From Bacteroidota bacterium (GTDB taxonomy: Bacteria > Bacteroidota > Bacteroidia > AKYH767-A > OLB10), in NCBI GenBank assembly GCA_046303115.1, contig JBKCGZ010000207.1:29-64028 (forward strand): 64,000 nucleotides of DNA. The letters run 5' to 3'. The notes under the pieces are model-generated. The model was not told the DNA's origin and did not search any database. It saw only the letters and a list, made by a program, of their open reading frames with translations. The translations under genes were made by a program, and so were the position numbers. Positions 28,501 to 38,100 of the stretch are shown here, one piece after another. The number at the start of each line of letters is the position of its first letter. Positions within the stretch are counted from its first letter, which is position 1.

Positions 28501-30863
28501 CCACTAACGGTAACGGATGTCCCCGAACCATCATAAACTATTTTGTTTGACGAACCTTGATCGGTAGCTAACGTCCAATTTGCATTAACACCTGTTGCAG
28601 CAACTGCATCAGTTGGAACAAACGTAACAGGAGATGTTGATGCTACTAAAATTCTACCTGATCCATCTCCGCCATTTAATGAAAATGATAATGTATTTGC
28701 TGAAGCAGAAGTTAGTGTAATTGCTGATTGAACTGTTGGCGTTGAATTTATTGCACTACCATTTAAATTGATTACTTGATCACTAGCACCCGTGCTGCTA
28801 TGCACTACACTGCCAACAAAAGCTCCAACATTGGTAGGGTTGAATCGTATATCGATTGTTGTTGGTGCCACGGAACCAATTACGGGATCAATCACGTTTA
28901 TGGATGAACCCATGCTCTGGTGTACATCACACATGTAGTACAATAGTGAAGGTGTAGTTGCGTCAGGGGTGAAAAAAGTAGAATCTCCATATTGCATAAC
29001 ACCCGTGTTAATCACATCCCCACTATTAGCTCCTCCACCTACTTCGCTACTGGTAAAGATAAATGGATGCCCGAGTGTGGACGAACAACAGGTAGCTTGA
29101 CCATCGAAATAGAATTTGTAGGTGGTACCACGAACTAGTGTCAATACCGGTCCTTGATCACCATTCAAAAGATAACCGGAAGGATATCCTGTACCGAAAT
29201 TTGGATGGCTTGCATCCTTCAAATCAACTGTGACGGTAAATTCGGTGACCGAGCTACTACCCGTGCCGGCACTGAGTACCACTGGTGCATTAGAGAACGG
29301 GTTTGACCCCGTGCGAATTTCAAATCCAGAAGAGGGAGTCACCGTAATGTCGTTGGTGAGGTTGCTACCCGAAACCGTATAGGACTGTGTTGCAGAGGGT
29401 GTTCCAGCTTCGGTGGTAAATACACTTAGGAAGGCATTTACCGAAATGAGCGGCAAAGTGTTGGCATTTATTGCAAAGCTAAGTACCGTTGACGGACCTC
29501 CTCCAGGCGACGGATTCGTTACCGTGACAGCTGCGATACCCGACGTGTCAATATCGGTAGCGGGTACACTAGCCGTTAATGTAGTGCCATTTACATAAAT
29601 AGTGGCAAGCGGCGAACCATTCCAATTGACGACTGAGGCCGGATAAAAATCGAATCCACTAACAGTAAGAGTGAAACTTGATGAACCGGCACTAGCAGAG
29701 TTAGGGCTTAGTGAGTTGGCCACTGGAACAGGATAATTAAGCGTAGTTGAGTTTGGGTTATTCGTTTCTGAAAAAGAATTATACAACATACCAGTTGAAT
29801 TGTATTCATACACTCTAAAGTGGTAAGCCTGTCCAGGTGTTAAACCTGAAACAGAAACAGAATTACCTGTACCTGCATAAACCACCTGCTCTCCTGATCC
29901 TGCATAGACAGCATTACCAGAATAAGTTGTACCATTTGATGGAGCTGTAAAAGAACTGCTCGTATTCATTTTTACGATTCGCCCATTGCCATTACCGTTA
30001 GTCCAGCTTACAGTTGTTGAGTTGGAAGTTGAACCAGAAAATGTAACTGCTGAAGCTTGTGTTGATGGAGCATTGGCAGCAACTGGTACAACGGATGCCC
30101 AATCAGCACCTACGCGAATTGCATCTACCACTGTTTGTGGAGATGTTGCTGATGAACCTTGACGAAGTCCAATAGCACTAATCGCATCCGTTCCATTTGT
30201 GATAGTGTTTGTAACTTCAGGGATTCCTGCTAATCCCTCAGAGGCAGGCATACCAGAAGGGATAACCCACATTGAAACTGCATCAGCAGTAGTTCCTGTA
30301 GTTATGGTATATTTTATTACAATTAGGTACGTCGTGTTTTTTGAAAAGTTAGTTGTGCCATAAGTAGCAGTAGAGGTATTACTAATACCAAAATTCACAT
30401 TCCCGCTTACAATTCTTGCGAATACTCGCGAAGAATAAGCGGTCCATGATGTACCACCAGGACTACCTAAATGGAAAAAATAATCTCCAGTCTTTGCAGT
30501 TGCAACATCAGTGATGTTACATAGAAAAGAAGCATAAACTGATGAACCATTTGTGCTTTGACTAGTAAAAGATTGATTAATGTCTTCTCCGCCTAGGTTT
30601 CCAATTAACGCGGCATTACCAACTCCGCTACCAGAGTGTGCTCCGTATGTTAACCCAGTAGTTGTTGAGATGGCATTCGTTCCTACTCCACTATGGGCTG
30701 TCCATGAATTGGAAGTTAGAGTACCAGAAAAATTAAAATCCTGGGTATACACTGCTTGCGCATTTACTCCAAGATTTAATAATATCATCAATGTAGTAAT
30801 GATAAACACTGACGTTAAATTTTTTACTTCTTGCTTTTTCGAATTCGTAAAACTTGTCGACAT
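22575..30863 (-). CDS. giant (2762 aa) secreted multidomain surface protein with FN3-like, IPT/TIG-like, cupredoxin-like, SprB-repeat, lamin-tail (LTD) and dockerin-like C-terminal modules
   Basis: There is an N-terminal signal/anchor. FN3-like modules recur (VSVSGLTPGQAYHFRVYEYN, VTVSGLTANTTYYFAVYDYN, VNVSGLTASTSYYFRVYGYN). SprB-type repeats are present (CKNDATGSINLTITGGVAPYSIVWSNG). The LTD reads LLISELMPDPTGTDNSNEWVELI. I recognise no canonical Por C-terminal domain. Confidence 0.85.
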   Translation of the reverse strand: MSTSFTNSKKQEVKNLTSVFIITTLMILLNLGVNAQAVYTQDFNFSGTLTSNSWTAHSGVGTNAISTTTGLTYGAHSGSGVGNAALIGNLGGEDINQSFTSQSTNGSSVYASFLCNITDVATAKTGDYFFHLGSPGGTSWTAYSSRVFARIVSGNVNFGISNTSTATYGTTNFSKNTTYLIVIKYTITTGTTADAVSMWVIPSGMPASEGLAGIPEVTNTITNGTDAISAIGLRQGSSATSPQTVVDAIRVGADWASVVPVAANAPSTQASAVTFSGSTSNSTTVSWTNGNGNGRIVKMNTSSSFTAPSNGTTYSGNAVYAGSGEQVVYAGTGNSVSVSGLTPGQAYHFRVYEYNSTGMLYNSFSETNNPNSTTLNYPVPVANSLSPNSASAGSSSFTLTVSGFDFYPASVVNWNGSPLATIYVNGTTLTASVPATDIDTSGIAAVTVTNPSPGGGPSTVLSFAINANTLPLISVNAFLSVFTTEAGTPSATQSYTVSGSNLTNDITVTPSSGFEIRTGSNPFSNAPVVLSAGTGSSSVTEFTVTVDLKDASHPNFGTGYPSGYLLNGDQGPVLTLVRGTTYKFYFDGQATCCSSTLGHPFIFTSSEVGGGANSGDVINTGVMQYGDSTFFTPDATTPSLLYYMCDVHQSMGSSINVIDPVIGSVAPTTIDIRFNPTNVGAFVGSVVHSSTGASDQVINLNGSAINSTPTVQSAITLTSASANTLSFSLNGGDGSGRILVASTSPVTFVPTDAVAATGVNANWTLATDQGSSNKIVYDGSGTSVTVSGLTANTTYYFAVYDYNGSASTVNYLQTAPGTTSAGTLVAEPTTSSLVSITRITSDTAYVNFTGGSGANRIVVVNTTGAVSFTPLDATTYSGASLDLNTAFDLGGGNKLVYQGNATSAKITGFPAGSNFNVTVFEYNGSGSTLNYRNTGASASAVSPSYISYTSGAYFQDFNTLPSTGIFATSGFGQGPYYLTSAPINASGTTGWQIAAITGVDVKLSTDAGAGNGGSNYNYGSTSATDRAIGCLASSSYLGSVGAVLVNNSTGPLNKVTITYVGENWRRGGSGSFNKMLFSYKVGENSIKGAGFTVVPSLDFSTPTPVSGTAVALDGNAAANRTVITATFNLDNNWMPGQTLTIRWNDVDETGTDDGLAIDSLTFVAEGPSTPLAQDSLITFSNTLTTSTDVNWTNGDATSRIVVMNTSNSFTNPVDGNTYTANNVYSGVGEQIIYNGSGSTVNVSGLTASTSYYFRVYGYNGAGAATKYSIATATQNPNSQITSAPQAPTKIVVTNLNNGNPILENTPFSITIQAQDNNNSPQNVSTATTIDLTLFSGIGVLGGTTSGTIAVGTNQVTITGVLYDVPDYGAQILADATAGELLGSAYSNYFDVYGVATSLAISNLTPGVPINTVIPNFDVTAYRADYTTDIYYNGTATITVSSGPSGSITGTLTANFVNGVATFSGIQFSAPGTYILQANAGSLPAAFSSNLIITPTPTMTELVIPKYMGSKTGSAVNNARTPVAFCIQLDNLLPNTIYNLAAGLAATTDLATSMGAGGVWNGSAYGLNISNAFTTNASGSSGPVWIYMQPSGNSSRFGAGQVHNLRIAYSNTAFGAITSPNFSSTNTITSLDIATAALSANTADDGAFVTGNLNSCMGGKLVLVYDNTAGTGNPLYAFQAVTSTATQITNSEFPTSVDSIYRNISNPGTFAAVIPVAALSTNGVKRIETRDLQNNLINSITDADGIWSSGANTTNLVRRGLVSLTNADADLTTMNTISVTGTNANCFGSSDGYATALATSSNSTINYLWSAGSTTDTQSALAAGTYTVTVTDGNGCSLTSGVTISQPSSNNPTASNNGPICIGSDITLTASSGVSYAWSGPYSYSSTDQIATAPTTSYLLSEAGAQVYSVVITYANGCTETASTTVVLNDCSCTPPTLSASTTNVLCKNDATGSINLTITGGVAPYSIVWSNGATTEDVSALVAGTYKVVVTENGGCKDSLTITITEPSGILSSTTTSTNATCFGYSNGAIDLTVSGGTSPYSFVWSNTATSEDLSNLVIGTYDVTVTDANGCTASNSVTITEPSEITITANAVNNALCYGLNGSIDISSSADIAGNATGDPGLLISELMPDPTGTDNSNEWVELIATRSIDFSVTPFSVVFANNGTATVNGWKAGAGITYGFNINSGSVQKGDVVYVGGSLMTPTGTKLRVISTGTVAGDAFGNLASGGVLGNGTTSADAVAVFNVDAASITNTTVPVDAIFYGTALGNAIVSSGTAGYTLPVNDKYNGGYLQSTSYFIPSNPTQGKAFYATGVFNYQSGQFTTPRTWATDATSFTNSTSSVGVVNSTTYLWSNGATTQDVNVPAGTYTVTVTNATGCTQTATYTITQPAQPAMPTLACYETASFNTSTCAWDVTGTQPSVPTLACYQTATFNTTTCQWDVTGSPAATIETTETSCGSYTWSANGQVYTQSGTYSYNSNCQDYQLNLTIVNVSVSGVSPTSGTIGSAVVISGSGFTGVTSVQFNGVNATTYTIDNDGQITATIPTGSTTGAITVVKGSCSAASASSFTVLTNATLNLKAYMQGFYAGSGLMNSVLANQGLSLNTNEVDTITVELYDGSTGATLVASTSGVILTDGTISLSLSGSVIGNSYYVSLRHRNTINTWSASAITFGTTTTYDFTTAATQAYGGNMIEVETGVFAMYSGDFNQDEFVDPYDYPSFELDNVTFALGYLSTDINGDGYVDPYDYPVFEFNNVNFVMSMHP

Positions 30864-30964
30864 ATAATTAGGATGTTTTTATAAATACAATAGATAATTG
30901 CTTTGCAATTACCGATTCTGATGTTAATTGAATATTAACAACAAACAATTTCTAAATTATTTTT

Positions 30965-33961
30965 TTATTTAGTAAGAACAACTTTGGTTGTTGAAGTTGA
31001 ATACCCATTCGTTAAACTTACCCAATAAACCCCACTTTTTAGGTCATTTAATTGGACTAGCAAGTTACCGCTTGCATCTGAAATCTGCAAGTCTTTTCTC
31101 AAAAGTTCTCCCTGTAAATTATACACTTGGCAAACAAAATCTTCCCCTTCATCAAATGGGATGTTTGTTATTAAAAAATTGCCGTCAGATGGATTTGGAT
31201 ATGCCTTGATTTCTGCATTTAATTTTTGATTGTTTCTTAGGGCAATTATCTGACTATAAGAAAATTGTCCATCAAAATCGACTTGCTTTAAACGATAATA
31301 AGCAACCTTATTAATCGGTTTAATATCAATAAACTGGTAATTTAAAAATGAATTAGAGTTTCCTGCTCCATCAATTTTACCAATTGGTGTGAATTCACGA
31401 GCGTCTTCACTCCTTTCCAAAATGAAATAATCATTGTTCTTTTCTGAAGCCGTTACCCATGATAGAACACTCTGGTTATTAAGATACTTCCCTTTAAAAT
31501 CAAGGAGTTCAATAGGCAATGGCAATGGCCCCATTGGTGAAATATTGCTTACCAACGACCATACTCTATTTAAAGAAGGGTTAGCAATTACTATCGCATT
31601 TAAGGTATTATATCCTACAACAGGCAAAGCCCAAGATCCGTTTGCGGCATTCCAAAATTGTCCTCTCATAGAATCAGGAATATTGAAAGGCGCTGCTGGC
31701 AATTCAGATGGGGAAGCATAAGTTAGTACGATGGTGTCGTTTGTCACATTCGGTGAAGTAAATCCAACATACCAAAAACGATCAGCAGTTGCATCGCGGT
31801 TATCAGGCGACAAATTAGTTGATGAATTCAAATTAGTAACTGCATAAGGAGCCGCTGTTGGCCATGGTAAATTTGTTGCCGGAGTTCCGTAAGTAGAAAC
31901 AGTCATTGTATCTACCTGGACGTTGGCATCCACAGTAAATGCAAATGGAGTTGCATTTGCTGTTCCCGACCCTTTAGCAAATGGAATTGCATAACGAGTA
32001 TAACCGATGGTGGTTCCAATATTCCATCTTACTTTCGAATTAAAATCACCTGTTTCTCCATAAATATATCTTGCCGTTGTTGGTGAAACGATTGTAATTC
32101 CGTTATTCAGGGGAGATAATACATTTAACGTATTTCCATTTAAATTAATTCTTCCGTTACTAGCTATGGATAATTGTGTTCTAACTGTAATATCAGATAA
32201 AAATCTCACTTCGGAGGAATCCGTTTTTTGATATTTAAGAGTTGGGTAAACCTCTCCTGAAGGACAAAATATAGTTGAAACGCCTGTCCTATTAAAGGTA
32301 ACGGTTGGGATCGTAGAACTTTCAATAAACGCTGAATCATGATAATTTATCCAGCTACCTCCAATTAATAGATTGGTGGATATTGAACCATTAAATTTGG
32401 GGGCACCAGAAATATTAGAAATTTCAAAATTATTGAAAACGTTATAAGCTGCTGTAGCTATTTCTGATTTTGTTCCATAACCTGAAATTTTGAGATGGCC
32501 ATAATATCCAGATGACCCATTGGTTGTCAAAATAACAGGCACATTTTGATTACCCTTACCAGAAAATTCAGTAAAACTACCTGCTTGAATATCATATATA
32601 TTGCTTACATAATTTAAAGCCGTTGAAAATCCTGGCAAACCAAATATTTCAAACTTACCACCCGTCGCTAATCTGAATGTATGTTTTGCTGTTCCACTTG
32701 CAGCCGTAATAACATTCCCTGCTTTTAATAAACCGCCATTATTTACTGTCCATGTTACAGTTGAATCAGCAATAATGCTTCCGTTATTTGTTGTTAAATA
32801 TAAAAATCCAGAAATCAGCATCGTCCCATTAATAGTGAAAGATCCGGCTGATGCCCCCGGGGCTGTTCCATTAATTCCATCAACGGCAGCATTACCATCA
32901 GAAACAAAATAAATGGTTCCGCTTACCGGACCAACATTAGGTAAACTCAATTGCAAATTATAGGTACTCCCAGAAACTAAAGATGTTGAAACAATATATG
33001 CGCCTGGAGCTATACCAGTGCCATAAACTCTACAATTTGCTAACGAACCAGGCACTGCAAACGTAGTCCCATAATACGAATTAATAGCTGTTGTATTCGT
33101 TATCTGATTACCACCAAAAGTTAGACTATTGCTGGCATTAGTAACCACTGCATTTTGTGATAATGTGAATTGAGTACCAGAAGTAATGCTTGCTACTGTT
33201 GTCCCTGGAATAATTCCCGCCCCTGAAACCATCATTCCAGCTGTAATAGTAGCAGTAGATGCTGTTGTTACACTAATACTTCCGGCAATTGTGGAAGAGA
33301 CTAAATTGATTGTTGCTGCACTTCCCGTAGCCTGACATTCAGCTGATACTGTAGAATCTAAAGTAAGGGTTGCTCCCGCAGCTACAGTAACATTGAACTT
33401 TGTTCCAGTAGAACCAGCCACACTATTCGCATTATTGTAAATCTGTGTCTGACGCCCCCCACAAAATCGTAGCTTTACATCTCGTTCGATACTCAAATTA
33501 GTTGTTGTAAATGTCGCATCGTTTTTACGAATCCTTGAGGCATCAAAAGTTCCTAATGATCCTAAAATCCTGCAACTAGCTCCATAAATATTAAATGAAA
33601 TTCCATCGAAAGTAGCGCCATTACCAATCGTGCCATTTGACATGAGTGTGTCTCCGTAAACATTGACATAAACATTGACAAAACCATTGCAAAATAATTT
33701 CCCTCCAGCATCAACGATTAAATCGGCGCAAGGAGCACCAGAAGCAGAAACAGTTATTGTATGTCCATTCAGAATTTTTACATTATTGGTTGCGTTTGGT
33801 ACTGATGAAGCCGCTACCCAAGTAGAACCATTCCAACTTTGCCATGTTGCTGCTGTTGACCAAACGCCAGTTGATGCAGATCTATAGTCCCCTACTAATT
33901 GCGAAAAAACCTTTCCGGCAATAGTCGAAAAAATAAGTAGGAGCAATAGCAGTTTTTTCAT
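30965..33961 (-). CDS. T9SS cargo protein (998 aa), beta-helix/adhesin-like, with a type-A C-terminal sorting domain
   Basis: The signal peptide is MKKLLLLLLIFSTIAGKVFSQ. The body is Gly/Thr/Ser/Asn-rich and repetitive. The C-terminus is YPNPSDGNFLITNI...GVYWVSLTNG...KVVLTK. Confidence 0.8.
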   Translation of the reverse strand: MKKLLLLLLIFSTIAGKVFSQLVGDYRSASTGVWSTAATWQSWNGSTWVAASSVPNATNNVKILNGHTITVSASGAPCADLIVDAGGKLFCNGFVNVYVNVYGDTLMSNGTIGNGATFDGISFNIYGASCRILGSLGTFDASRIRKNDATFTTTNLSIERDVKLRFCGGRQTQIYNNANSVAGSTGTKFNVTVAAGATLTLDSTVSAECQATGSAATINLVSSTIAGSISVTTASTATITAGMMVSGAGIIPGTTVASITSGTQFTLSQNAVVTNASNSLTFGGNQITNTTAINSYYGTTFAVPGSLANCRVYGTGIAPGAYIVSTSLVSGSTYNLQLSLPNVGPVSGTIYFVSDGNAAVDGINGTAPGASAGSFTINGTMLISGFLYLTTNNGSIIADSTVTWTVNNGGLLKAGNVITAASGTAKHTFRLATGGKFEIFGLPGFSTALNYVSNIYDIQAGSFTEFSGKGNQNVPVILTTNGSSGYYGHLKISGYGTKSEIATAAYNVFNNFEISNISGAPKFNGSISTNLLIGGSWINYHDSAFIESSTIPTVTFNRTGVSTIFCPSGEVYPTLKYQKTDSSEVRFLSDITVRTQLSIASNGRINLNGNTLNVLSPLNNGITIVSPTTARYIYGETGDFNSKVRWNIGTTIGYTRYAIPFAKGSGTANATPFAFTVDANVQVDTMTVSTYGTPATNLPWPTAAPYAVTNLNSSTNLSPDNRDATADRFWYVGFTSPNVTNDTIVLTYASPSELPAAPFNIPDSMRGQFWNAANGSWALPVVGYNTLNAIVIANPSLNRVWSLVSNISPMGPLPLPIELLDFKGKYLNNQSVLSWVTASEKNNDYFILERSEDAREFTPIGKIDGAGNSNSFLNYQFIDIKPINKVAYYRLKQVDFDGQFSYSQIIALRNNQKLNAEIKAYPNPSDGNFLITNIPFDEGEDFVCQVYNLQGELLRKDLQISDASGNLLVQLNDLKSGVYWVSLTNGYSTSTTKVVLTK

Positions 33962-34002
33962 TAAAATTTACGAGTGATTTTTATGATTTTCAATCCGCTG
34001 GG

Positions 34003-34010
34003 CAAATGTA
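34003..34010 (-). promoter_or_regulatory. -7 promoter element (TAnnTTTG on the minus strand) for the 998-aa gene
   Basis: The plus strand reads CAAATGTA. It lies 41 nt upstream of the ATG at 33961. Confidence 0.4.
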
Positions 34011-34207
34011 GTAAAACCAAACCGCATTTACTTTAACAAATTGTGATTTTTACGAGAGGAAAATACACCAAACTCCATGAAATTTCCAGATTTTTATCTG
34101 AATGGGGTATTTTATTGGGTGAACTAGGCTCTGCACCCGATGGAATTAGTCCGATTTTTCTCTATTTTTAGCAAAGTTTTGTTACTCCCTAAAAAATCTA
34201 CCCGTTT

Positions 34208-35119
34208 ATGTCTCTAGAAAATAAAGAGTCTCAATCGAAAAAAACAATCGTAATTGTCATTATTTCTCTCTTGTTAGGGGTAAATGGTTTATTGTTATGG
34301 CAGTTTTTCAATAAGAAAACCGATTTACAACAGACTACTGTTGCCTTAAAAAACACAACGGCGGAAAAAGAGACGTTAAATGCAGAACTTCAAAAGGTAA
34401 AATTTGAATTCGACAAACTAAATCAGGAAAATGCCGGTTTACAAAACCTATTGACATCAAAAGACGAAGAAATCAGAAGTAAAATAGCTGAAATTCAACG
34501 ATTGATAAATTCAGGGGATGCTGCTCAATTGAGAAAAGCAAAGGATGAAATTGCCAACCTTAAGCAACTCAGTCAAAATTATATTGCTCAAATCGATTCA
34601 TTAAAAATTGCTAATAAAGATTTAACTGACCAAAACTCTTCTCTTAGTCAGGACCTCTCATCAGCAAACTCGAAAGTTGGATCATTAACCCAAGAGAATA
34701 GTTCCCTTTCGAACAAAGTAGCGATTGCCTCTGTTTTAAAAACGGTTAATGCGATTGCTTCAGGAGTAAAATATAAGGGAAGCGGCAAAGAAACAGAAAC
34801 AACCAAAGCAAAGCAAACCGACCGAATTAAAACCTGTTTCACCATTATCGAAAACCAAGTTGTCGATAAAGGAGCTAAAGATATATACCTTCGAATTATT
34901 GGTCCAGATGGAACTATCCTTTCCACATCTAACGAAACATTTATGTTGAGAGGACAAGCTTCGATTTATACCATCCGTCAAACCATTTTTTACGAGAATA
35001 AAAATACCGACTTGTGTATTTATTGGGAAAAGGGGAACGCCTATAGTACAGGTAAATATGCTATCGAAATTTATTGCGAAGGCAACCAGATTGGAAGTGC
35101 CGCTGTAACACTCAAGTAG
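34208..35119 (+). CDS. membrane-anchored coiled-coil protein (303 aa)
   Basis: One N-terminal TM segment (IVIVIISLLLGVNGLLLW) is followed by about 130 aa of heptad-like Gln/Leu/Lys/Glu/Asn/Ser-rich sequence and then a beta-rich C-terminal domain. Confidence 0.7.
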   Translation: MSLENKESQSKKTIVIVIISLLLGVNGLLLWQFFNKKTDLQQTTVALKNTTAEKETLNAELQKVKFEFDKLNQENAGLQNLLTSKDEEIRSKIAEIQRLINSGDAAQLRKAKDEIANLKQLSQNYIAQIDSLKIANKDLTDQNSSLSQDLSSANSKVGSLTQENSSLSNKVAIASVLKTVNAIASGVKYKGSGKETETTKAKQTDRIKTCFTIIENQVVDKGAKDIYLRIIGPDGTILSTSNETFMLRGQASIYTIRQTIFYENKNTDLCIYWEKGNAYSTGKYAIEIYCEGNQIGSAAVTLK

Positions 35120-35122
35120 CCC

Positions 35123-38100
35123 TTAGAAAAAAGCTCGCAATTGCATTCCTCCAGTGTGAATAATTGAAAGACCACTAGGCTTTCTTCCCTCATAATTTAA
35201 CGAGAGTTGTAAACTATTTCCGAGATTACGCTGAATAGATAATTGCCACTTGAAATTTTCACCCGCCTTTAATCCTTCTAGCATTTCGTAAGCCAACGAC
35301 GTATTTGCATCCCCGTTATAACTTATTTTTAAATAGTTTGCTTTAATTCCAATTACTCCCTTCTTTATCGAACTGTATTTAAATTCAGCACTCAAATCGT
35401 TAATTATTGCTCGCTCACCATTACCTTCTATTAGGATATTTTTTTTATCACTATTTCTAAATGTTGTAAGCACCTTGTAAGTGGCATTCGGCTGATATAC
35501 AATCTGTGGAATTATTGACCAGCTTTCAATTTTAAAATTTCGATTTAGAAAAAATTCGGCAGCCGATCTTTTATTTCCTGCTTCTGCAGCAAGTAATAAA
35601 TTTATTTCTTTTATTATCGCTTTACGAATTGAAGAAGAGTATACTTCATTAGATCTACTCTCAATTCCACTACTCAAAAACTGCTTGCTTCCTGTATGTA
35701 AATAACTAAATTCTATTCCTCCCTTCGGATTCAAACGATTATAAAACAAAGTATGCTTACCTGAAGTTTGATTTGCAATTAACTGATCAATGGAATAATT
35801 TGTAAGTACTGGAACCAAGTAATCGACTTTGAATTCATCTGCATTAATCCTATTATCAATCTTAAAGGACGAAAGTAAAACCAGTCGATTTATAAATTGC
35901 TTCCCCTTTAAAGTATTCGCTGGATTTATATTGATCGAAAAATTAAGTTGATTGAAAACAACCTTAGTATATTCATTCGTAGTAGAAAATATCCGAATGT
36001 AATTAGCCTGATCTTTGAATTCGGCCACTTCAAACTCGTTTAATTGCGGTATGCCGTCACTGTTATAATCATTCCATGCATATACACCTGTCCCATCTGC
36101 TACGCGGATGTAAGAGTAAATACGTTTAGGTTCTGTTCCTGTACCACCTTCGTAGTAGGTGTTTAGTTGAATCGCTTTCTTCCAGGTAGTCGTAGAATAA
36201 TCTACTCTTCCTGAAAAGGATTCATCTCCTTTAATGGTAGTTGCTAATGTATCTTCAATAAATAATTTTCGGTAGTTTATAGTTGAATTGATGCGGTGAT
36301 TATTTTTTATATTCGAAAAGTTAATGGAAGCAACATCTGCAATAGTTGCTGATTTAAATCCGCCATTTATTAATCCATCTTCATACCTACGACTAACACT
36401 TGCTTTTATTGGAAACTTTGTAGTGTCTCCGTGTATTAAAAAAACTTCCCCTGTCTTCCATGAAAAGGAACCTAACAAAAGGCTGTCTTTTGCTACACTC
36501 TGTAATTGATTTGTTTCTTGCTCGTAGGATAATCCAGGCGTCCACAATTTTATTTTTTTCTGAATAACATCACGTGTTTTAAAATAACTACTATTAAATA
36601 ATTTTCCTTCTGTATTCAGTTGCGAAGCGTCTGCTTTAATATTCCATCCATCTTTAATCAATCCAACATTAATCAGATGCATTAGGCCTTCGTATTGTCC
36701 ATCACGATGGTAATATTTAAATCCGTAATTCGACTTAAAATCTGTTTTATGTAGTAAGCCTACATTCGCAAATACTAATAATTCGTTAGCAGAATTTAAC
36801 AACGTATTGGTGTTCCAATCACGAGTAAATTCAGCCGCTCTGTAATTTTCAATTGGCACAAAATTCAAAGCAGTAAATTCCGATTGCACTTGTGTATTTA
36901 ACGACCATCCACTCAACGAATCATTACCAATCTTTCGCTTATCTTCTAGTTGAAAACGGAACGCATAGCCGTTATCGTTAGACTTATCTTTATTCGCAAA
37001 TAAGTTAACATCGTTTTTAGAAACAGCAGACTCAAAACTCATTTTTGTTTTTTCTGAAAATGCATAATCGATTCCTGCAACTGCCATCTGGCGTTTTTTC
37101 GGACTAATCAAAAGTGAATAGGGTTCGTAATCTCCTTGTGGCTCTCCGTTTATCGGTGCTACCCATTGATAAACTCTGCCGTTGGCAATATTATCTAAAG
37201 CAATATAACTACCTTTTTTTACTCCAACATTTGTAAATCCTAATCGATAATACGCACTATCTGCTGTTGTAGAATAAACAAAAATACTATAGGTATTTCC
37301 ATTTACTACTGTATCTCTTTTAGCGTAAAGTAATTCGTTAATATTATAGGCAACACTATCCTCATTCAAGTAAAGCGCATTGGTTAAATCATCACCTGCA
37401 TTCGCTAATATAACTTTTTGCTCTTCGGATAAATCCTGCAATACAGGTTGATTTTTACTATCCTGCTCGGAATAAATATTAAAATGAGTATTCAATTTTT
37501 CACTCTTCCAATTCACATTCCCAGTGAGCATTGATCGCGAATAATTTTTGTCGCTATACTGAAACTCAACAATAATTCGGGAGTCTTTACTTATAATTCG
37601 CTTAGGAGTAAACTTAATCTCTGCAGTATTGTAATCAATAATATAATCTCTATCTTGCCCACGTTCCAATAATTGTCCATCTAAAAAAACTTTCTCTGTA
37701 CCTGATAAAATAATAATGAAAAATTCGTTTTCGGCACCACGTAACCGATAGGGTCCTTGATTAGATTCAATTCCCGGTATCAGCTGACGAGCAAATTTAC
37801 CTCGTGAAATCGCTGCTGCTGCTCCTACTTCTAATCCGAATTTTTTGTTGTTTTTTACAATTAATGAGTCTCTAAATAGATAACTAAGTCCTTGTCCTTT
37901 TTTGACATATCGCAAAAAATAACCTTCCGGATTACGCGCATCAAAGTCGCCAACAATCACCCGATTTTTTTCATTACTAAGTTGAATAAACACCTTGTCG
38001 AACTCTTGTAACTGTTGCGTATTACCGTCGGCTTGAATAGGAATATTATCATCAGTAATAGCTGCCACTACTTCAATACCATTTGCTAATTTACCCGACA

